From: an uncultured Pseudomonadota bacterium
Lineage (GTDB): Bacteria; SAR324; NAC60-12
DNA: 22,777 nt
NCBI GenBank assembly: GCA_913020725.1
Contig: CAJWCD010000049.1
Span: 1-22,777, forward strand
Reading direction: 5' to 3'
Shown piece by piece: positions 17,018 through 22,777 of the stretch; position 1 is the stretch's first letter; the number at the start of each line of letters is the position of its first letter. Under the pieces are notes generated by a model. The model was not told the DNA's origin. It saw only the letters and a program-made list of their open reading frames with translations, and made no database searches. The translations under genes and the position numbers were made by a program.

Positions 17018-17231
17018 GTAGGTATTGTTTGCAAAGGTCACACTATAGTAAAATCCATTAAAAATCGAACACTATGACCTAGCGATAAAATCTAATAAAT
17101 ATTGTTGAATATCAATGAATTGGATGTTTGTATCCCAGTCCAAATGTGTCCTAGAACCAGTAGCTTTAACTATAAACACACATCAAATGATGATAATCTA
17201 TATGCGGTTCATTGGCAAGCCCGTGGAATGT
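17018..17231. promoter_or_regulatory. AT-rich region upstream of vapBC, probable promoter/operator
   Basis: Strongly AT-rich compared with the flanks. Minus-strand TATAGT -10-like hexamer (17042-17047); inverted AGGTCA (17035-17040)/TGACCT (17075-17080); CATCA-AA-TGATG palindrome (17181-17192). Confidence 0.4.
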
Positions 17232-18038
17232 TTAGGGCAAGGTCGCCAAGATCACGGAGCCGAGCAGGAGGCGGTAGAGGACGAAGACCAAGGTACCATG
17301 TGTGCGCAGGAAGCGTAACAGGAATTCGATGGCAACCCAGCCGCACACAAAGGCGCTGCCGATGCCGAGCAACAAGGGGAGCGTGCCGTGGTTTCCAAAT
17401 CCGGAGTGCGAGAGTTCCCACAGCTCAAAGAGGCCGCTGCCGAGAATCGCCGGGAGCCCGAGCAGGAAGGAGAAGCGGGCAGCCTCGGCGCGGTCGAGTC
17501 CAACCAGCAAGCCGCCCATGATTGTGGAACCGGAACGCGAGCAGCCCGGAATCAGCGCGAGGGCTTGGCAGAGGCCGATCACTTGAACCGACCAGAAACC
17601 GAGCGTGTCGAGATTGCCGCGACGACGGGAGTAGCGTTCGGCCAGCCAGAGCAGGATGGCGAGTCCGATCAAGGCCACGCCGATCACCCAAAGCTGCCGG
17701 GCTTCGGTCTTGATCCAATCCTTGAAACCGAGGCCGAGGATCACGACCGGAAGCGTGCCGACTGCGATGCTCCACGCGAGTCGGGAATCCTGCGTCTCAA
17801 ACAGCTTACGGGCGGCAAGGCTCCGGAACGCCGCGAGTGTGAGACGGACGACATCCTCCCGGAAGTAAAGCAGCACCGAAAGCAGAGTCCCCAGTTGAAT
17901 GACGGCGGAGAATTCGGCGCCGGGGTCGCTCCAACCCAGCCAGTGCGGCACGATCCGCAGGTGGGCGGTGCTGCTGATCGGCAGGAATTCCGTGAAGCCC
18001 TGCACGATACCCAACACCAAGGCTTCAAAGACACTCAC
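17232..18038 (-). CDS. uppP: Undecaprenyl-diphosphate phosphatase (BacA)
   Basis: LGIVQGFTEFLPISSTAHL, VIQLGT, QALALIPGCSRSGSTI, AARFSFLL; multiple TM segments. GTG start overlaps the upstream stop (GTGA). Confidence 0.96.
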   Translation of the reverse strand: MSVFEALVLGIVQGFTEFLPISSTAHLRIVPHWLGWSDPGAEFSAVIQLGTLLSVLLYFREDVVRLTLAAFRSLAARKLFETQDSRLAWSIAVGTLPVVILGLGFKDWIKTEARQLWVIGVALIGLAILLWLAERYSRRRGNLDTLGFWSVQVIGLCQALALIPGCSRSGSTIMGGLLVGLDRAEAARFSFLLGLPAILGSGLFELWELSHSGFGNHGTLPLLLGIGSAFVCGWVAIEFLLRFLRTHGTLVFVLYRLLLGSVILATLP

Positions 18039-19774
18039 CCCTCGTTCTCCTCCGCTTCCGAATCTGCATTATCTGCATTATCTGCATTATCTGCATTATC
18101 TGCATTATCTTCGGGGGCCATTCGGGGTTCCGGCTCCGGGCGGTAGGGATTCTGAAGCTGGATCAGGTGTTCCCAGCGTCCGGCCTCACCGTACAACTCG
18201 ATCAACTCTTCGTCACGCAGCGGGTACTTCAGCGAAACCGCACTGCCGACCTCCCAGCCCACGCTGGGGGCGTACTGTCGCACGAACTCGATGCCGTTGA
18301 TACGCTCGTCGTGATCGAGCCAGTCACCCAGCACAAGGTAGCAGTGGCCGTACTGGACCATGCTGCGGCGCAGCGCCAGCATGGACTCCCGGAACGCCTG
18401 CTTCCACTGCTTGGGCGTGAAGTTGCGCTTTGCGCCTAACTCTCCTTGTTTCATCTCCGAGGTTGGCATTTGCAGCCACTTCATGCGCAGCAGGTGATGC
18501 TCAAAGTAGTCGTAAGTCCCCGGGTACGGCGGATTGGTGATGATGCAGTGGACCGAACCTGCTGCCACCGAGGGGAGCGTTCGTGCGTCCTCGTTGAGCA
18601 ATGTGGGTTGTGGAACTTTGGCGAGCTTGAACTCCATGCGCATCTGCTGGTCAAGCAACTCCTGCGTCTTTGCGGTCATCCAGCGTGCCACCGCGCCACG
18701 AGGATACTTTGGCATGACACGCTCCAGCGAAGTGTCTGCCTTGAAGGTGGAGAACTTGACGATGAGGCTGGAGAACACCGCCCGCAGAGTGTCACGCTCC
18801 GGAGTGGAGGGCAGTTGATCAATCGCGTCAATCCAGTGCAACATCTCCACAAAGAGGTGCGGCGGGTGCTGGAGTTTGAGCCAATCAATGTACGGTCGGC
18901 GGATTGGGCCTTCCTCCCGGCCACGTGTCTCTGCACGCTCCCGGACGGCCTCCAGCGCCCCCCAAACGCGCTCGGCGTTGGATTCGCTGAGCCAGCGGCA
19001 GCGTTCCTGCGCCACAAGTTGAGCAACCGGATTGAGGTCGTTGCCGATCACGCGGTGCCCCCGCAACAGTCCTTCCAGCAACACGGTGCCTCCGCCCATG
19101 AACGGGTCCATCACTACCGGATGTGACCGCGATGAGATGGAGCGCAGCAGGGTGCGTGGCAGGTTGGGATGAAAGCGTCCGGGGTAGGTGTGGAAACCGT
19201 GGGTCCAGTCGCGGATCGCCTTTTCGGGCTTCGGGGTTTTCAGCGCGGTCATCAGCCACTCGGCATCCTTACCACGCAACCGCTCCTTGATGCTCTGCTG
19301 CGAGGCCGCCCGACGCTTGCCCTTCCTTTCCGGGGGCATAGATTTGCCCGGACGGTGCCATTCCTTGGGCAGTGGAGCGCGAGAGATTTTTGAGGTGCGC
19401 GGCCTGTCCTCGCGGCGGGGGCGTTCCTCCCGGAACCGACGCTCCGGTCTTTCCGAATCCACGGGCCCATCCTCGAGAAAACGGCGACGCTGCGGGGGGC
19501 GTTCTTGGTGAGAATCCCCGTCACGGTCGAACCTGCGCCCTGTCCGGTTGCCTTCGTCCCGGCGGCCTCGCTCAAAACGACGCTCTCGTTGATCGTTTCC
19601 ATCGCGGCCACGCTGACGGTCAAACCGATCTCGGTTTGGGCGCTCTCGCCGCTGGTGCTGCGGAGTTTCCTCTTCAGGTGGCGGTTCCGGAGGGCGTTTG
19701 CGCACACGGAGCGGCCTCTCATGAGAGACCGGAAAATCTGCTGGATTTGGTTTTTCAAAGTCGTCGGAATTCAT
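18035..19774 (-). CDS. SAM-dependent amino-methyltransferase (DNA N4-C/N6-A methylase-like) with long charged N-terminal extension
   Basis: THGFHTYPGRFHP, SAM-binding VMDPFMGGGT, GNDLNP and catalytic-type IITNPPY..YDY. The first ~185 aa are R/E/D/P-rich low complexity. Confidence 0.78.
   Translation of the reverse strand: MNSDDFEKPNPADFPVSHERPLRVRKRPPEPPPEEETPQHQRRERPNRDRFDRQRGRDGNDQRERRFERGRRDEGNRTGRRFDRDGDSHQERPPQRRRFLEDGPVDSERPERRFREERPRREDRPRTSKISRAPLPKEWHRPGKSMPPERKGKRRAASQQSIKERLRGKDAEWLMTALKTPKPEKAIRDWTHGFHTYPGRFHPNLPRTLLRSISSRSHPVVMDPFMGGGTVLLEGLLRGHRVIGNDLNPVAQLVAQERCRWLSESNAERVWGALEAVRERAETRGREEGPIRRPYIDWLKLQHPPHLFVEMLHWIDAIDQLPSTPERDTLRAVFSSLIVKFSTFKADTSLERVMPKYPRGAVARWMTAKTQELLDQQMRMEFKLAKVPQPTLLNEDARTLPSVAAGSVHCIITNPPYPGTYDYFEHHLLRMKWLQMPTSEMKQGELGAKRNFTPKQWKQAFRESMLALRRSMVQYGHCYLVLGDWLDHDERINGIEFVRQYAPSVGWEVGSAVSLKYPLRDEELIELYGEAGRWEHLIQLQNPYRPEPEPRMAPEDNADNADNADNADNADSEAEENEG
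18062..18110. repeat. Perfect 9-bp tandem repeat (ATCTGCATT)x5 plus ATCT
   Basis: Directly visible; in frame in the methyltransferase tail, encoding (Asp-Asn-Ala)x5. Confidence 0.97.
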
Positions 19775-20676
19775 CCGGAGTTGACGGTTGGGGTGGTAGG
19801 TTCGGAGGATTGAAAGCTGGCAACGACCGTGGTCCCGATGATGAAGATGCCACCCAGCACGGTCTGGAGAGACGGGATTTCACTGAGCAGCAGCATGGCA
19901 AAGAGGATTGCGTACACGGACTCCATGCCTGCGAGAATGAGGCTGGCGAGTTGCGCCCGCACCCGCTGGAGTCCGTGAAGGAACAGAGCGTAGCCTCCCG
20001 CCGTGCAAATCAGACCAAGGGCCAGCAAGAGGCTCCAGTCGCGCCCGTCCAAGTGCCAGTTCAACCCTGCGGAAAACGGCAGCAGAGCCAGCGCGGCGAA
20101 TCCGTTTTGGGTGCAGCTGATCAGGAGCGGGGAATGCGTTTGCACATGCAGCCGATTGAGGATCGTCAGCACGGCCAAGGTGAATCCGGAAACCAGCCCC
20201 CAACCCACGCCGAGCAGCACATCGGGGGCGTCCGGATTTGCAGAATTGCCGGATTCCGAAGTGGCGATCAGTGCAATTCCGACCATCACCGCCAGTGCAA
20301 AACCGAGGTGAATGGGCCGTAGCCGTTCCCGGAACACCCACGGCTCGATCAGCGTTGTGAAGAGCGGATAGCTCGAAAAGGAAAGCAGGCCAATGGCCAC
20401 CGTCGAAACCTGAATCGCGTGAAAAAATGTCACCCAGTGGGCAGCAAGAATCCCGCCCGTCACCGCCAGCCAAAACCACTGGCATCCGGAAAGCCGCGGA
20501 CGTTTGCGCTGAAGGCTCAGCACGACCGCAAGTGCCAGTGCGGCAATCGTTGAGCGGCCTTGTGTGATCAGCACGGGCGAATGCTCCAGAAATTTCCCGA
20601 ACAGTCCCGCCATACCAACGGCGAGGGTTGCTGCGTGGATGCTGGCCACCCCACCCAAGGAGTTGCTTGAGTTCAT
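19771..20676 (-). CDS. EamA/DMT-family transporter
   Basis: About 10 hydrophobic segments in two repeats; LAAHWVTFFHAIQVSTVAIG, PLFTTLIEP..FRER, LGLICTAGGYALF, ESVYAILFAMLLLSEIP. Confidence 0.9.
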   Translation of the reverse strand: MNSSNSLGGVASIHAATLAVGMAGLFGKFLEHSPVLITQGRSTIAALALAVVLSLQRKRPRLSGCQWFWLAVTGGILAAHWVTFFHAIQVSTVAIGLLSFSSYPLFTTLIEPWVFRERLRPIHLGFALAVMVGIALIATSESGNSANPDAPDVLLGVGWGLVSGFTLAVLTILNRLHVQTHSPLLISCTQNGFAALALLPFSAGLNWHLDGRDWSLLLALGLICTAGGYALFLHGLQRVRAQLASLILAGMESVYAILFAMLLLSEIPSLQTVLGGIFIIGTTVVASFQSSEPTTPTVNSG

Positions 20677-20706
20677 GTCTTTCGGACTCGTCAGATTTGT
20701 GCAGGC

Positions 20707-22641
20707 TCAAGAGACCGCCTGTACTGGTTGGGGCGGATTTGAAACCCGCCCGTCTTGCTGATGTGCCTTGAGGTAAATCCGCAGAATGGTGATGGCGGCA
20801 GGAGTGATGCCGTCCATGCGGCTCGCCTGTCCGAGTGTGGCGGGCCGGATATTTTCCAGCTTCTCGATCACTTCCCGTGACAATCCAGAAATCCCTTTGG
20901 GCGAGAAATCCTCCGGAATCGCAAGACGGTCCAATTCACGGTGGTGCTTGAGTTCCTGCGTCTGCCGAACGAGGTAGCCCGCATACTTGATGCTGATTTC
21001 GACCTGTTGCGTGGCCTCTGGAGCATACAACTCCCACGCCACACGCTGGCCAAGCATTTGGGTGGTCCGGAGCCGAGCCAGTGTGAGCTTGGGGCGTTTG
21101 AGCAGTTCGGCGGCGGAAACTGGATGCTTGAGTGGTGGTTCCCCCAGTGACTCCAACTCAGCTTGGGTTTCTGCATTGGGAACCAGTTTTTCTGACTGAA
21201 GCACCCCGGAAAGCGCATGGACCTGCCGCCGTTTTTCCTGAAACTTTTGCCAGCAGTCATCCGTAAGCAGCCCCAGCGTTTTGCCGTGTTCGCAAAGCCG
21301 CAGGTCCGCGTTGTCCTCCCGGAGGTGCAGGCGGTGTTCGGCACGGGAGGTGAACATGCGGTAGGGTTCACTCACACCCTTGGTGACAAGGTCGTCCACC
21401 AAAACGCCGAGGTAGGCTTCGTCGCGCCGCAGGATGAACGGCTCACGCTTTTGCACCTGCAAGGCGGCGTTGATTCCGGCAATCAAACCCTGTGCGGCAG
21501 CTTCCTCGTAGCCGGTGGTGCCGTTGATCTGCCCGGCGAGAAAGAGTCCCGGAACCGACTTCAGTTCCAGCGTCACCCGCAGTTGGATCGGGTCCACATA
21601 GTCGTACTCAATCGCATAGCCCGGCTTGAGGATTTCCACCTGCTCCAGCCCCTCGATGGTGCGGAGGAATTCCAACTGCACCTCGGTGGGCAAGCTGGTG
21701 GAAAGTCCATTCGGGTAAATCATGAAGTTGTCGTCCGCGAGTCCGGTCGGTTCCAGAAACACCTGATGCCGCTGCTTGTCGGCGAACTTGACGATCTTGT
21801 CCTCAATGGACGGGCAGTAGCGCGGGCCGATTCCGGAGATGCGCCCGCCGTAGAGCGCCGAACGTCCGAGGTTGTCCTGAATGACGCGGTGGGTGCGTGA
21901 ATTCGTGTGGGCAATGTGGCAGCAGACCTGCGGTTGGCGGATTTCCGTGTCCCAGAACGAAAAACGCCGGGGCGGCTCGTCTCCGGACTGCACCTCGAGT
22001 CGGCTCCAGTCGATGGTGCGTTTGTCAATGCGGGCGGGAGTTCCGGTTTTCATGCGTCCAAGCGCAAGGTCATGTCCTGCGAGCGCAAGCGAAAGCTGTT
22101 GCGCTGGAGGCTCGCCCACCCGTCCGGCTGCCTCGCGCTGCTCACCCCGGTGGATGAGGCCGTTGAGGAAGGTTCCGGTGGTGACGATCACCGTTTCGCT
22201 CAGGAATTCGTCAGTTTGGGTACGGATGCCCGCGCTGCGCTGGTTCCGGAACAACAACTCTTCCACCAAACCCTCGGCAATTTCAAGATTGGGTTGGCCT
22301 TCCAGCACCTTGCGCAACTCCGCCTTGTACGCATACATCTCGGACTGGCAGCGCGAGCCGCGAGTCGCCGGTCCCCGCGAGGCGTTGAGGACGCGGAACT
22401 GGATTCCGGTGGCATCGGCAATCTTGCCCATTTCTCCACCGAGCGCATCGATTTCCTTGACGAGATGGCCCTTGCCAATGCCACCGATGGCCGGGTTGCA
22501 CGACATCTGCGCGATGGTGTCGCGAGACATCGTGACCAGCAAGGTGCGGCACCCCATGCGGGCGGACGCAAGCGCGGCCTCACAACCGGCGTGGCCTCCG
22601 CCGATCACGAGCACGTCGTAGGTGGTGGAATGTGTGATCAT
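20707..22641 (-). CDS. mnmG: tRNA uridine-5-carboxymethylaminomethyl(34) synthesis enzyme MnmG (GidA)
   Basis: [76 protein letters not shown]. Start placed at ATG 22641 (GAAGGTG upstream) rather than TTG 22671. Confidence 0.97.
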   Translation of the reverse strand: MITHSTTYDVLVIGGGHAGCEAALASARMGCRTLLVTMSRDTIAQMSCNPAIGGIGKGHLVKEIDALGGEMGKIADATGIQFRVLNASRGPATRGSRCQSEMYAYKAELRKVLEGQPNLEIAEGLVEELLFRNQRSAGIRTQTDEFLSETVIVTTGTFLNGLIHRGEQREAAGRVGEPPAQQLSLALAGHDLALGRMKTGTPARIDKRTIDWSRLEVQSGDEPPRRFSFWDTEIRQPQVCCHIAHTNSRTHRVIQDNLGRSALYGGRISGIGPRYCPSIEDKIVKFADKQRHQVFLEPTGLADDNFMIYPNGLSTSLPTEVQLEFLRTIEGLEQVEILKPGYAIEYDYVDPIQLRVTLELKSVPGLFLAGQINGTTGYEEAAAQGLIAGINAALQVQKREPFILRRDEAYLGVLVDDLVTKGVSEPYRMFTSRAEHRLHLREDNADLRLCEHGKTLGLLTDDCWQKFQEKRRQVHALSGVLQSEKLVPNAETQAELESLGEPPLKHPVSAAELLKRPKLTLARLRTTQMLGQRVAWELYAPEATQQVEISIKYAGYLVRQTQELKHHRELDRLAIPEDFSPKGISGLSREVIEKLENIRPATLGQASRMDGITPAAITILRIYLKAHQQDGRVSNPPQPVQAVS

Positions 22642-22667
22642 GGCACCTTCCGTCGGGAAGCCTCTGC

Positions 22668-22777
22668 TCAATTCGGTAAAGTGTTGCGGAGCGAGGTGTA
22701 CACCTCCTCCGGAGATTGCATGCCGTCGATGGAAACGAGATTGCCTTTGTTGCTGTAGTACGAAACCAGCGGCGCGG
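22668..22777 (-). CDS. adk: Adenylate kinase, 3' end only (runs off the window)
   Basis: Manual translation of 22775..22668 gives [39 protein letters not shown], matching the Adk C-terminal pattern TAPLxxYY...IDGxxxxxEV. Confidence 0.78.
   Translation of the reverse strand, partial: APLVSYYSNKGNLVSIDGMQSPEEVYTSLRNTLPN

Noticed and set aside
18062..18110. CRISPR-like array, or significance in the peptide spelling D-N-A
   Set aside because: Head-to-tail 9-mers without spacers and no cas genes; the spelling is a coincidence of one-letter codes.
22642..22671. TTG start for mnmG at 22671
   Set aside because: ATG 22641 has an SD-like sequence and lies just before the conserved YDVLVIGGG; the TTG overlap with the adk stop is possible but less supported.

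Overview
GC-rich (roughly 60% by eye) bacterial chromosomal segment, gene-dense and almost entirely on the minus strand. Read in transcription order (right to left): 3' end of adk, mnmG, EamA/DMT transporter, orphan N6/N4 methyltransferase-like protein (Arg-rich N-terminal extension, C-terminal 9-bp tandem repeat), uppP, a lower-GC vapBC islet (vapB with two frameshifts, vapC intact), beta-carbonic anhydrase, an active Deg/HtrA protease, a paralog with all three catalytic residues replaced, a short-chain polyprenyl diphosphate synthase, a ~6.2-kb catabolic block, a DUF4340-like protein, an RluA-family pseudouridine synthase, a phosphohexomutase and a secreted hypothetical protein. The catabolic block holds a plus-strand HcnC/HcnA/HcnB (opine oxidase)-like trio, divergent from a ThDP enzyme, a truncated DadA-like gene, a GntR pseudogene and a gene stub. 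The best candidate for an undescribed system is the translationally coupled active/dead Deg protease pair between carbonic anhydrase and the prenyl synthase. No rRNA, tRNA, CRISPR array or transposase was recognised. All family calls come from motif recognition by eye, not database searches.
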